A DNA stretch of 46,383 bases from Candidatus Magasanikbacteria bacterium CG1_02_41_34 (GTDB taxonomy: Bacteria; Patescibacteriota; Patescibacteriia; Magasanikbacterales; UBA922). The position numbers were made by a program, and so were the translations under genes. Positions within the stretch are counted from its first letter, which is position 1, and every line of letters begins with the position of its first letter. The notes beneath the pieces were generated by a model. The model ran no database searches. It was given only the letters and a program-made list of their open reading frames with translations, and was not told where the DNA came from. The stretch covers positions 1-46,383 of the forward strand of contig MNVD01000022.1 of the NCBI GenBank assembly GCA_001871445.1, read 5' to 3'. Of this stretch, positions 35,374 through 44,924 are shown in pieces.

Positions 35374-36042
35374 ATGCCAAACAATCTTCCTTCAATGCTC
35401 GGACGTGTAGGAATGAGTCATGCGACTCCTCAGATTAGTGCGCATGCACAAAATTTTGCGACGTCAAAACTCAATCAGCAAAAAGAACGTGATGCTGCGA
35501 GTGTCTCAATGGGGCGAGTGATCCAAAAAAAAGAATACGGTGAATCAGGAGGACCTTCGACGTCTATTGATCACATTATTCAGGGTTTACCAAACCATGG
35601 AGATGCGTATAAAGGGTATACCGATGAAGAACGTGATGAAATACGGACACGACTTCGATATCAGCATATTCGAAAGATGAATGAAGAAAAAAAAGTTGCC
35701 GCAGATGCTGTCGCCCTTAAAAAATCTCAAGAAGAACAGGGAGGTCTTCATATCAAAACAGGTGGCACCTACAGTTCTTCTGGATGGGGAGGTACACAAA
35801 AAATACTCAAAAAAGAATTTAAAAAAGGAAAGTATTCTACGTATAGAAATTTGTCAGGATCTGATAAAAAACATCTTGAAGATATTATCAAAGAACATAG
35901 TGTGCATGGGTATATCGGTGGAGGACATTCATATAGTACAAAAAAATCTATGGGACAAGCCTCATGGAAAAAGTACAAAGAAGGACAGATCACGAAAGAA
36001 GATTACAAAGATTTCAAACGTATTATTCGAGATATGGAGTAG
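35374..36042 (+). CDS. Hypothetical basic protein
   Basis: 222-aa open frame with K-rich C-terminal half; TGGTATAGT upstream. Confidence 0.7.
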   Translation: MPNNLPSMLGRVGMSHATPQISAHAQNFATSKLNQQKERDAASVSMGRVIQKKEYGESGGPSTSIDHIIQGLPNHGDAYKGYTDEERDEIRTRLRYQHIRKMNEEKKVAADAVALKKSQEEQGGLHIKTGGTYSSSGWGGTQKILKKEFKKGKYSTYRNLSGSDKKHLEDIIKEHSVHGYIGGGHSYSTKKSMGQASWKKYKEGQITKEDYKDFKRIIRDME

Positions 36043-36822
36043 TCAGATTTTTATCACTCTTAATCTATTAGAGTAGGCTTCCCAGCCTGCTTTTTTATAT
36101 GCCTGCGCAGCTTCGAGAGGGTCATGAGCTTCATAGATTCCACGACCTACGATGATCACATCACTTCCTTTTTCACCAATAATATATTGTGGTGTGTTGT
36201 ATCGTTGTCCGAGTGTCTCATCCGTATTGTTCATCTTTACTCCTGGCGTCATATGAATCATCCTTGGATTTTCTGATAGTTTTTGTTGAGAAATAAAACC
36301 AATCACAAAGTCATTATATTCTTCTCCTAGTGCAACTGCTTTCGTAGTGTATGCTCCCGTTGCCATAGATCCAGCAGAACTCATTTCAGCGAGGAGGAGA
36401 AGTCCTCTTTGTTGTTTCATACCCACTTCGCGAAGTCCTTCAATAATTCCAGGACCGGGCAAAATGTGGGCGTTGGTGATATCTGCCCAGCCGGCGATAT
36501 GGTAGATGCCACCTTGGTATTGATGTGTTACCGTATTGCCGATGTCTGCAAATTTTCTATCTTCAAAAATGAGAAAATTGTGTTTTTCTGAGAGCTGTTG
36601 AAGCTGTACAATTAGTTCTTGATCGAAATCTTCAACAATATCAATGTGTGTTTTGAAAATACAAATTTCAGGACCAATCGTATCAGCAAGTTGGAGAAGT
36701 GATTGTTTTGATGTGACATCTGCTGAAAGACAAAGATTTGTGTGTTTTTCATCCATAAGCAAAAACAACTTCTTTGCTGTTTTATTTTCTGTATATTGTG
36801 CACGTTTTGTATATGAAAGCAT
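36043..36822 (-). CDS. pyrF: Orotidine-5'-phosphate decarboxylase (Ura3-like)
   Basis: NLCLSADV, KTHIDI, FEDRKFADIGNT, LLLAEMSS, MTPGV and IIVGRGI. Confidence 0.95.
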   Translation of the reverse strand: MLSYTKRAQYTENKTAKKLFLLMDEKHTNLCLSADVTSKQSLLQLADTIGPEICIFKTHIDIVEDFDQELIVQLQQLSEKHNFLIFEDRKFADIGNTVTHQYQGGIYHIAGWADITNAHILPGPGIIEGLREVGMKQQRGLLLLAEMSSAGSMATGAYTTKAVALGEEYNDFVIGFISQQKLSENPRMIHMTPGVKMNNTDETLGQRYNTPQYIIGEKGSDVIIVGRGIYEAHDPLEAAQAYKKAGWEAYSNRLRVIKI

Positions 36823-36825
36823 ATT

Positions 36826-37443
36826 TTATTTTTTGGAGTCTACAAATTTCTTTCCATGACCGATCGTTGTGTTTATTGGTATCCCTTGTTCGCAGAGTGG
36901 GCAAGCATCAGCAGTATAAAGTGACATGTTTATGTTGGCGAGTGGAGTAAATGGTACACCAAATGTTTTAGCTGTTACCTCTGGGTTTTTGTTTACCATG
37001 ACCGATGCTGCAATCACATTTCCTCCGCATAATTGCACAGCATCTATTACTTGTCTGAGTGATCCTCCTGTACTGGTCAAATCTTCCACTACGAGAACGT
37101 TTTTCCCAGTAATAAGTTTGTCATACCCACGTGTGAGTGTGAGTCCTCCATCTTTTTTTTCTGCATAGATACTCAAGATTTCTTTCCCCAGTATTTCGGA
37201 CAAATGATATGCCGTCCATTGCGAAAGAATAATACCACCGAGTGCTGGACCAGCGATGATATCGATAGGCAGATGCTTGTGCGCTTCGGCAAATGCTTTG
37301 CCAACACTGCTCACCTCGGCAATATGTGGGTAGAGGGTGTCTTTATTAATATAGGTATCAAAATGTGCACCAGACGTGCCGACAAAGTGATCGTTGTCGA
37401 GAAAGGCATTGACGTCTTTGAGTGTTTGGAGGATATCAATCAT
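36826..37443 (-). CDS. pyrE: Orotate phosphoribosyltransferase
   Basis: HF..TSG.H..TYINK, GPALGGI and PRPP motif VLVVEDLTSTGGS. Confidence 0.9.
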   Translation of the reverse strand: MIDILQTLKDVNAFLDNDHFVGTSGAHFDTYINKDTLYPHIAEVSSVGKAFAEAHKHLPIDIIAGPALGGIILSQWTAYHLSEILGKEILSIYAEKKDGGLTLTRGYDKLITGKNVLVVEDLTSTGGSLRQVIDAVQLCGGNVIAASVMVNKNPEVTAKTFGVPFTPLANINMSLYTADACPLCEQGIPINTTIGHGKKFVDSKK

Positions 37444-38548
37444 ATATTATTACGTTATGCATCTCATGCCACCTCATAGCGAGGTATGGATTCCACATCA
37501 TGCCAGTCGCACTCATGGCAATGTCTGCACCAGCAGAGAGATATTCATCAAAGTGTTCTGGTTTCACGACTCCACCCACACCGAGGAGTGTCAGTCCAAG
37601 TGCTTCTGTAACGATAATATCTCGTGCATTTTTTACAAATTCCAGTCCATAACTACGAATCGGACCGCCACAGATACCACTTGTTTCTCTTCCTACTCCG
37701 AGCGCTGGTGCACCAGATGCATTTGTTACTTTTCTCCCAATGGTATTTATACCACAGACACCTCGTGCGCCTGCTCGTGCTATAGAGGTTAATACATCTG
37801 TGAGTCGTGCACGATCCTCCATGTAGCCAAGTTTCACAACGAGTGGTACGTCGCCAATCGTTTTGACAATACGCGTTGCAATATCACCAGACGTTTTTGG
37901 ATCCATATAAATACTTCCTTCAGTATGTTTGCCAACATTTGGGCAAGAGAAGTTTACCGTGATGATATCTGCACCGGCCTCTTTTGCAAGGAGTGCTGTT
38001 TTAACAAAGTCTTTTATAAAATCTTCTCCTGGTCGTTGTGTTCCTACGACTGATACATTCAGTACCTGTCCGTCTATGAGCGATGCTTTTGCTTTTGCGA
38101 TATCTTTGAGCAGATACTTTGGGTCATAGCAGCCCATGCCAAATGAATTTGTCACAGCAAGATGTTCCATATCGTGTGGTTGTTTGTTTGTTTGGTGGAG
38201 TGTTGATTCGTTGCGAGGGAGCTGTCCGTTTACGTCAATATAAATCATGTTTGGTACAGAATGGGTTTCATGCGCAGCACTCCGTATTGTTTTGTAGGTA
38301 AGTACATCAAATCCGAGTTTTGATGCAAGTGCAATATACTTGCTGTTTAAAAGTGGGCCTGCTGGTACACCGAGTGGACTCATGATCTTGTGTCCGAGAA
38401 AATCGACCCATTTTTCTTTTGGGGGAAGTGTTCGTTCTGGGTATGCTCCATCAAAAAATGGTCCTTCTTCTGCATTGTCCATATACGATTTTTGTATATC
38501 GTATATAGGAGGATGGTCTGGAAACCAGAGAGGAAGTGAAGATGCCAT
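37436..38548 (-). CDS. pyrD: Dihydroorotate dehydrogenase-like flavoprotein
   Basis: PLGVPAGP, TYKT, TNSFG, VNFSCPN, VVKL, INT and GVGGV motifs; operon context. Confidence 0.8.
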   Translation of the reverse strand: MASSLPLWFPDHPPIYDIQKSYMDNAEEGPFFDGAYPERTLPPKEKWVDFLGHKIMSPLGVPAGPLLNSKYIALASKLGFDVLTYKTIRSAAHETHSVPNMIYIDVNGQLPRNESTLHQTNKQPHDMEHLAVTNSFGMGCYDPKYLLKDIAKAKASLIDGQVLNVSVVGTQRPGEDFIKDFVKTALLAKEAGADIITVNFSCPNVGKHTEGSIYMDPKTSGDIATRIVKTIGDVPLVVKLGYMEDRARLTDVLTSIARAGARGVCGINTIGRKVTNASGAPALGVGRETSGICGGPIRSYGLEFVKNARDIIVTEALGLTLLGVGGVVKPEHFDEYLSAGADIAMSATGMMWNPYLAMRWHEMHNVIIYD

Positions 38549-38577
38549 ATATATCAGCGTATCATAGTGAAGAAGAG

Positions 38578-39534
38578 TTATACTACCTCATGTTCTTTTT
38601 CAAGAAGCCAAAGCATAATGGCTTTTTGCATGTGCATCCTATTTTCTGCTTGGTCAAAAATAATAGCGTTGGGGTGATCAACGGCATCTCGAGAAATTTC
38701 ATATCCAATGTGGCACGGCATACAATGCATGATTTTTGCTTGTGGTGCATAGTGGTCAATCAACGTAGCATTGAGTTGAAATGGCATGAACAGTTGTTTT
38801 CGTCGGTCGTATTCTTGTTGAAATTGTGGTTTGACATGCCCATTTTCAAAAAATTCCATATTCATCCATGTGTCTGTATGCACATAATCTGTATGTTTCA
38901 ATGCTTCTTCGAGATTTGTTGTACGTGTTACCTTTCCCGTGTGTTCTGCCATGCGGTTTAGTGCATCGTCGACACTGTCTCTGTCGACTTCTGGTGTGGC
39001 AATAGCAACTTCTATCCCTAGTTTTGCACACGCAAGCATGAGCGTATTGGACACATTGTTTTCAATACCAAGCCACGTGATTTTTTTCACATGTTCGATG
39101 CCACCACTCTTTTCATCCATTGTGAGGAGATCACTGAGTGCCTGCGCTGGATGATATTTTTCACTACATGCATCGATGACTGGGATACGATTGATCGATG
39201 CCGCAAGTTCCACATCGGATGCATGTCCTGCACGAAACATGAGGACACTGCCATATCTCATGACCGCCTGTATTTCATCTTTGAAATCTGTGAGTGAAAA
39301 TTGTGTTGTTTTTTTATCAAGAAAAATGGCATGTCCACCGAGTTCTGTCATGCCAGCTTCAAAGGAAAGACGTGTTCGTGTCGATGATTTTTCAAACAAC
39401 ATGATGAGTGTTTTGTTTTCAAGATATGTTGTTGGGATATCTTGTGAACGTTTTTGCTTCAATTTTTTTGCGAGAGCAATCATGGACAGAATATCTTCTC
39501 TTGATTGTTCTTTGAGCGAAATCAGATGACGCAT
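38578..39534 (-). CDS. argF: Ornithine carbamoyltransferase-family transcarbamylase
   Basis: STRTR, HPAQ, HTDTW, MHCMP and FDQAENRMH; variant DTWMNME in place of the usual DxWxSMG. Confidence 0.75.
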   Translation of the reverse strand: MRHLISLKEQSREDILSMIALAKKLKQKRSQDIPTTYLENKTLIMLFEKSSTRTRLSFEAGMTELGGHAIFLDKKTTQFSLTDFKDEIQAVMRYGSVLMFRAGHASDVELAASINRIPVIDACSEKYHPAQALSDLLTMDEKSGGIEHVKKITWLGIENNVSNTLMLACAKLGIEVAIATPEVDRDSVDDALNRMAEHTGKVTRTTNLEEALKHTDYVHTDTWMNMEFFENGHVKPQFQQEYDRRKQLFMPFQLNATLIDHYAPQAKIMHCMPCHIGYEISRDAVDHPNAIIFDQAENRMHMQKAIMLWLLEKEHEVV

Positions 39535-39537
39535 AGA

Positions 39538-40737
39538 TTATGTATGTGAAGGATAATATATATTGTTGATGACTACGCCGAGTGGCCAGCCTTTCAGTTC
39601 ACGCCCTGCAAAAGGTGACCATCCACACTTTGTGTACATGTCTTGATCACGTACTGTTTTTATGAGATCGAGATCCACAATGATCCATGTTTCTTTTGGT
39701 ATGTATGAAAAAATCTTTGTACTATTTGTGTGCATAATGTCGACAATACGTTCGAGTGTAATTGTTCCTTTGTTGTATGCATCGATCATAAGTGAAAGAG
39801 CTGTTTCAATACCAGGAACTCCGGATGGCGCTTGGCCATAGGGGAGTGCTTTTTGTTCGAGTGTATGCGGTGCGTGGTCTGTTCCAATTGTATCGATCGT
39901 CCCATCCAATATTTCTTGCCACAGTGCTTTTTGGTCTTCTTCTGTACGAAGTGGAGGATTCATCTGTGCTTTCGTACCAAGTGTGTCATAGTCTTTTTCA
40001 GATAAAAATAGATGGTGAGGAGTTACTTCTGCATATACGGTAATACCATCATTTTTTGCTTGTCGGATCAATGCAACTTCTTCAGCAGTACTCACGTGAA
40101 GAAGATAGAGTTTTGTGTGATATTTTTTTGCCAGCGTTATTGCATGTGATACTGCTTTTATCGCAGCGTTGCGGTCACGAATTTTTGAATGGTCATGTAC
40201 ATCGGTTGTTTCTGGATATTTCTCTTTTCCTTTTTTTAGTTCTTCTTCATCTTCTGCATGAGTCCCTATGACAATGTTGTGTTCACCCGCCATTTTGAAC
40301 AGTGCTTTTTGCATCTCAGGATTATCCATGAGCAATGTTCCCGTGCTTGCCCCCATGAATACTTTGATGCCGATGATATCTTTTTTCAGTTCAGGTATTT
40401 TTTCAATATTTTCTTTTGTGGCGCCGATCCATAGTTTGAATGCAAGAGGCGAGTGTACTTCATCAAGCATGCGTTCTATGAGTGTTGTTTTTTCTTGCAG
40501 TGTTGTCTTGTTGATACAAGGTGGTGTGTTGTTTGGCATGTCAAAGACACTTGTATATCCACCAGCAATTGCTGCCTTACTGCCCGTTTTCCAATCTTCT
40601 TTTTCTTCTGTACCTGGGATTCGAAAATGTACATGTGGGTCGATGAGTCCTGGAAGTGCTACTATATTTTTTTGTGCTCCATATGTGTCAGGAAGCGGAA
40701 GATCAATATATTGATTGTCCCATGTACGGATCTTCAT
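39538..40737 (-). CDS. pyrC: Dihydroorotase
   Basis: PGLIDPHVHFR, DMPNN.P, EVTPHHL, MNPPLR and GTDHAPH. Start taken at MKIRTW, just after the pyrI stop. Confidence 0.93.
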   Translation of the reverse strand: MKIRTWDNQYIDLPLPDTYGAQKNIVALPGLIDPHVHFRIPGTEEKEDWKTGSKAAIAGGYTSVFDMPNNTPPCINKTTLQEKTTLIERMLDEVHSPLAFKLWIGATKENIEKIPELKKDIIGIKVFMGASTGTLLMDNPEMQKALFKMAGEHNIVIGTHAEDEEELKKGKEKYPETTDVHDHSKIRDRNAAIKAVSHAITLAKKYHTKLYLLHVSTAEEVALIRQAKNDGITVYAEVTPHHLFLSEKDYDTLGTKAQMNPPLRTEEDQKALWQEILDGTIDTIGTDHAPHTLEQKALPYGQAPSGVPGIETALSLMIDAYNKGTITLERIVDIMHTNSTKIFSYIPKETWIIVDLDLIKTVRDQDMYTKCGWSPFAGRELKGWPLGVVINNIYYPSHT

Positions 40738-40738
40738 A

Positions 40739-41236
40739 TTATGAATAACGATATTCGAGGATGTCATCATGTTGGAATTTCTTTTCACAATAGTGACAGG
40801 TGAATTTGAGATGTGCACCACCATTGCTCACATGAAACAGTGTATTCATGTGTTCTGCATTAGTAATACAGCTTGGATTTGGACAGACAATGAGTCGCTC
40901 TATTGATGTTGGAACAGTGACCGAAAATTTATCTGTGACTTCATAATTGTGTATGATATTGATTGACGAGTGTGGTGCAAAAATGGCTACCTTATTTGCT
41001 TCTTCTGGTGTCAGGTTTCTGAATTCTACTTTGATAAGATCTTTGTGTCCCAATTTTTTGCTTGGCAAATTTAATCCTACTGTGACGATTGTATCATCGC
41101 TTGCCAAGTTGAGTACACGAATGATATTGAGTGCCTGTCCAGCATCGATATGATCGATGACAGTTCCTTCTTCAATCGTAAATACTTTGAATGAGCGAAG
41201 ATCCTTTGTTGGGTGTGAGAATGTTGTCATATTCAT
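40739..41236 (-). CDS. pyrI: Aspartate carbamoyltransferase regulatory subunit
   Basis: GTVIDHI, KDLIKVE, CPNPSCIT and CHYCE. Confidence 0.95.
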   Translation of the reverse strand: MNMTTFSHPTKDLRSFKVFTIEEGTVIDHIDAGQALNIIRVLNLASDDTIVTVGLNLPSKKLGHKDLIKVEFRNLTPEEANKVAIFAPHSSINIIHNYEVTDKFSVTVPTSIERLIVCPNPSCITNAEHMNTLFHVSNGGAHLKFTCHYCEKKFQHDDILEYRYS

Positions 41237-41242
41237 ATAAAA

Positions 41243-42277
41243 TTAGGCGTGTAATGCACCAAGGACAAGTCCAAGTAGTGCTTGCCGTACATACAGACCG
41301 TTGTGTGCTTGTTCAAAATAATATGCATGTGGCGTTGGATCTATTTCTTCTTTCAATTCATTCACACGAGGCAGTGGGTGCATGATGCGCATCGAGGGTT
41401 TTGCTGGTGCGAGCATATCTTTTGTCAGTACATACACATCTTTGACTCGTTCATATTCCATTTTGTCTGGGAATCGCTCTCCTTGGATACGAGTCATATA
41501 AATAATGTCTGCTTGTGACATGACATCCTCAATGCGTTCATAAAACGAGTATGAAATGTTATGTGCGTTGAGATCTTCACAAATGTATGATGGCATTTGT
41601 AGACTTTCTGGTGCGACAAAGGAAAGCGTTGGATTGAAGTGGATGAGTGCCTGTGCCAGTGAATGGACTGTTCGACCATATTTCAAATCACCAATAAGCG
41701 CAATGTTGAGTCCATCAAGTGTGCCCTGGCATTCTTGAATAGTGAAGAGATCGAGGAGTGTTTGGGTAGGATGTTGATTTGCACCATCACCTCCGTTCAA
41801 TATTGGTTTGTCAGTTGCTTCTGCTGCACGTCGTGCAGCTCCTTCTGCAGGATGTCGCATCGCAATAACGTCGGCATACTGTCCAATAATTTTCATGGAG
41901 TCGTAGAGGGTTTCTTTTTTCTTTGTCGATGTGACGCCTGCATCTGCAAATCCCATCACGCCTCCACCAAGTCTTGTCATGGCTGTTTCAAATGATAATC
42001 GTGTTCTTGTCGAGGGTTCAAAAAAACAGCTTGCCATAACTTTATGTTTGAGCAGTTCTGGCTGTGGTGTTTGTTTCAGTGACTTTGCATGATTGAGAAC
42101 TGTGATAATTTGCTCTCGAGACAGTTCTTTGATAGAAATAATGTCTTTGCCCAAAAAAGGAGATTGGGGTGGTGCAGACATTATTTTTGTTTTCAATTCT
42201 TCGAGAATGTCTTCTCGAGTAAGCGTCGACATACGATCGATATCTTCTTTTGAAAGTGCTGACATATGGTGTGTCAT
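41243..42277 (-). CDS. pyrB: Aspartate carbamoyltransferase catalytic subunit
   Basis: FFEPSTRTRLSF, HPTQTLLD, GDLKYGRTVHS and MHPLPR. Start uncertain (42277, 42265 or 42181). Confidence 0.95.
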   Translation of the reverse strand: MTHHMSALSKEDIDRMSTLTREDILEELKTKIMSAPPQSPFLGKDIISIKELSREQIITVLNHAKSLKQTPQPELLKHKVMASCFFEPSTRTRLSFETAMTRLGGGVMGFADAGVTSTKKKETLYDSMKIIGQYADVIAMRHPAEGAARRAAEATDKPILNGGDGANQHPTQTLLDLFTIQECQGTLDGLNIALIGDLKYGRTVHSLAQALIHFNPTLSFVAPESLQMPSYICEDLNAHNISYSFYERIEDVMSQADIIYMTRIQGERFPDKMEYERVKDVYVLTKDMLAPAKPSMRIMHPLPRVNELKEEIDPTPHAYYFEQAHNGLYVRQALLGLVLGALHA

Positions 42278-42288
42278 GACAAATGAAT

Positions 42289-42412
42289 AAAAAAAAGACC
42301 ACTCAATGATTGAGTGGTCTGGTGTTTTCAGATTGTGGTCCTCCAGTATATTGTGTCGCGGTAGCGATATACATACTTCAGACACTGTATCATGGCTTTG
42401 TATCCATGACAA
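42289..42412 (-). promoter_or_regulatory. pyr operon promoter, leader ORF and attenuator-like terminator
   Basis: TTGTCA-17-TACAGT (42412-42384); 23-aa ORF 42374-42303; hairpin AGACCACTCAA-TCA-TTGAGTGGTCT with T tract (42320-42289). Confidence 0.65.
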
Positions 42413-42423
42413 GTGGATTGTTT

Positions 42424-43980
42424 TTATGACAAAGATAATTTCTCTCTCAGTAATTTTTCAATCACTTCTGGATCTGCACTTCCTTCAGTAGCACGCATAC
42501 ACATGCCGATGAGGAATTTGATGGTGGTTTCTTTGCCGGATGTAAATTCTGCTGCTTGGGTAGGATTGTCGGCGATAATACGGTCGACTATGGCACCAAG
42601 TTGTATTTCATCGGACACCTGGCCCCAACCTTTTTCTTCCATGATATGCGTTGGATCTTTATCAACGTTGAGGCCTACCATGATGAGGAGAATTTTGTGT
42701 GCATTCGTAGCGTTTACTCGTCCAGTATAAATAAGTGCAATGAGCTCAGCAAAGTTTTCTGCTGAACAGGCTACATCGGCAAGTCCAATTTGTTTTTCAT
42801 TCAAAATACCCCCGAGTTTACTCGTAATCCATCCACTCGCGAGGCGAGCAACTTTATTTTTCTTTTGATCTATGATGTCATCGCTATCTCCTTTTACCTC
42901 TGGCAGGGCATGAAGCCATTCAAACAATTCGCTCATTGTTTGATCGGTAAAATTTGTCCAGATTTTATCTTCTGAAAGAAAGCGAGCATCTGCATAGGAT
43001 AGGCCGTATTCGGCGTGAAATCGCGCTCTGGTGGCTTGTGGCAGCTCCGGGAGGGATATATGCCCTGCGATAGATATTGGATGAAATGGAGGTATATCTG
43101 GGTCAGGGAAGTATCGATAATCAGCGGCATTTTCTTTGATTCTTTGGAGAACGGTTTCTCCTTTGTCTTCATCCCATCCACGTGTTTGTTGAATCCAGGT
43201 TTCCCCCTTTTCTATCATGTTGGTTTGGCGAACAATTTCGTACTGAATACCTCGTTCAACCGCTTTGAACGAGTTGAGATTTTTTAATTCTACTTTTGCA
43301 TTGAGGGTATGACCATCGAGTGGTTTTACTACGCCATCCACAATTTCAAATGTACCTGCTTCTTGTACAGAAATATTTGCTTCACATCGCATATGGCCTT
43401 TTTCCATATCGGCATCACTCACTTCTAGTGCTCGAAAGAGTATTCGTAATTCTTGGCAATACATTTTTGCTTCAGTTGCAGAGAGAAAATCTGGATCGGT
43501 GACAATCTCGACAAGTGGTGTCCCTGCTCTATTAAAATCAACGAGTGTACTGCCACTGTCGTCATGTAGGAGTTTTGCGGTGTCTTCTTCGAGATGGGCG
43601 CGGGTAATGCCAATGTCTGCAACATCTCTGATATTATCTTCTAGTACAAATTCAAGACGCACCTTGCCGTGTTCTGCAATCGGTTCATCGTATTGTGAGA
43701 TTTGATAACCTTTTGGAAGATCTGGATAAAAGTAATGTTTGCGATCAAATTTTGAAAGTTCTCGAATAGAACAGCCAAGTGCTTTTCCAATCTTCACTGT
43801 CCATTCGATTGCTTTCTTGTTTGGCACGGGGAGCGTTCCTGGTTGGGCAGTACAAATTTCGCAAATATTCTTGTTTGGTTCGTTTTCGTCTGGATCATTT
43901 TTGCATGAACAAAACATTTTCGAAGCAGTTTTGAGCTCGACATGGACTTCCATTCCAATCACGGGTATGTATTCTGGCAT
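42424..43980 (-). CDS. gatB: Asp/Glu-tRNA amidotransferase subunit B
   Basis: IGMEVHVEL, FDRKHYFYPDLPKGYQISQ, HLEEDTAK, MRCEANIS and DYRYFPDPD. Confidence 0.97.
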   Translation of the reverse strand: MPEYIPVIGMEVHVELKTASKMFCSCKNDPDENEPNKNICEICTAQPGTLPVPNKKAIEWTVKIGKALGCSIRELSKFDRKHYFYPDLPKGYQISQYDEPIAEHGKVRLEFVLEDNIRDVADIGITRAHLEEDTAKLLHDDSGSTLVDFNRAGTPLVEIVTDPDFLSATEAKMYCQELRILFRALEVSDADMEKGHMRCEANISVQEAGTFEIVDGVVKPLDGHTLNAKVELKNLNSFKAVERGIQYEIVRQTNMIEKGETWIQQTRGWDEDKGETVLQRIKENAADYRYFPDPDIPPFHPISIAGHISLPELPQATRARFHAEYGLSYADARFLSEDKIWTNFTDQTMSELFEWLHALPEVKGDSDDIIDQKKNKVARLASGWITSKLGGILNEKQIGLADVACSAENFAELIALIYTGRVNATNAHKILLIMVGLNVDKDPTHIMEEKGWGQVSDEIQLGAIVDRIIADNPTQAAEFTSGKETTIKFLIGMCMRATEGSADPEVIEKLLREKLSLS

Positions 43981-44031
43981 AGGGGTTGAAGAGGTTAACA
44001 ACCCTTAGCTTACCAAGAGAACGTGAATTTG

Positions 44032-44066
44032 AAAAGACCCCCAGCATGGTTGATAGGGGTCTTTTT
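44032..44066. terminator. Intrinsic terminator
   Basis: AAAAGACCCC-loop-GGGGTCTTTTT. Confidence 0.65.
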
Positions 44067-44074
44067 CTAAGGGA

Positions 44075-44896
44075 TTATATGTTTTTTGTAGGAGGGGATA
44101 GAGGTGTGGAGGTTTTTGCTTCTGCCATTTGTGGTACCACGGCCCCCTGGGGATCCTTTTTTAATTCAAAGTAGAGGACCACCATAGCTATTGTAGTAAG
44201 TGGGGTGAAAATTGCTGTTGTAAATGAGTCAATGATTTTTGCCAAAAGTGACCATGTTGCAAACAATGAAGACGTTGGTGCTGTGTTTTTGAGAATATAC
44301 GTGAGTGGCATCTCGACAATATTTGCTGCAATGACTGCGACGATGCCAAATACTACTGTTGGAAAGAATAAACGCCATAATACCTTCCACCATCGACCAT
44401 CCACGAGGGCTTTACTCTTGTGCATGCCGTCCATAACATTAGTATTGTCAATCGTGACGCTAGCATATGAAAAGGCAAACCAGAGCATAAAGATAATTCC
44501 TGGTATAATGAGGAGAATCATACCTCCCAGGACTGCCAAGACAGTGAGGATTGTGACACCTATTGCTGGCCAGAAAATTTTTGTTGCGCTACTAAGTTCT
44601 GTCCCCACTGAGCTTGATACTTGTCCTGTATACGCGTGAGCAATAACACGAATAAAGGCCACATTGCACCAAAAACTGATAGCACTAAGAAGTAATGCGA
44701 CTATTAAAAAAACAAGATATGACAAACCGAGTCCACCCAATGTTTTTCCAGAAAAAAAATTGGTGAGTAAAAATTTTGAGATGATGACGAGCGCTCCAGG
44801 CACAAATGTGAGAACCATAAATACAAAAAACCGCTTGAAATTGTTTTTGTAGAGTTTGAAACTCTCTACGATGATATCTGTGATACTCATGAGCAT
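44075..44896 (-). CDS. Multi-pass membrane protein, unknown function
   Basis: About 6 TM helices; LLIIPGII...SKALVDGRWWKV...LYFELK pattern. Confidence 0.8.
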   Translation of the reverse strand: MLMSITDIIVESFKLYKNNFKRFFVFMVLTFVPGALVIISKFLLTNFFSGKTLGGLGLSYLVFLIVALLLSAISFWCNVAFIRVIAHAYTGQVSSSVGTELSSATKIFWPAIGVTILTVLAVLGGMILLIIPGIIFMLWFAFSYASVTIDNTNVMDGMHKSKALVDGRWWKVLWRLFFPTVVFGIVAVIAANIVEMPLTYILKNTAPTSSLFATWSLLAKIIDSFTTAIFTPLTTIAMVVLYFELKKDPQGAVVPQMAEAKTSTPLSPPTKNI

Positions 44897-44924
44897 AGAG
44901 TAAGAATGTTGGTGAATAAAAAGG

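Noticed and set aside
42278-42412. Long N-terminal extension of PyrB from TTG 42412
   Set aside because: Spans the predicted promoter and terminator hairpin.
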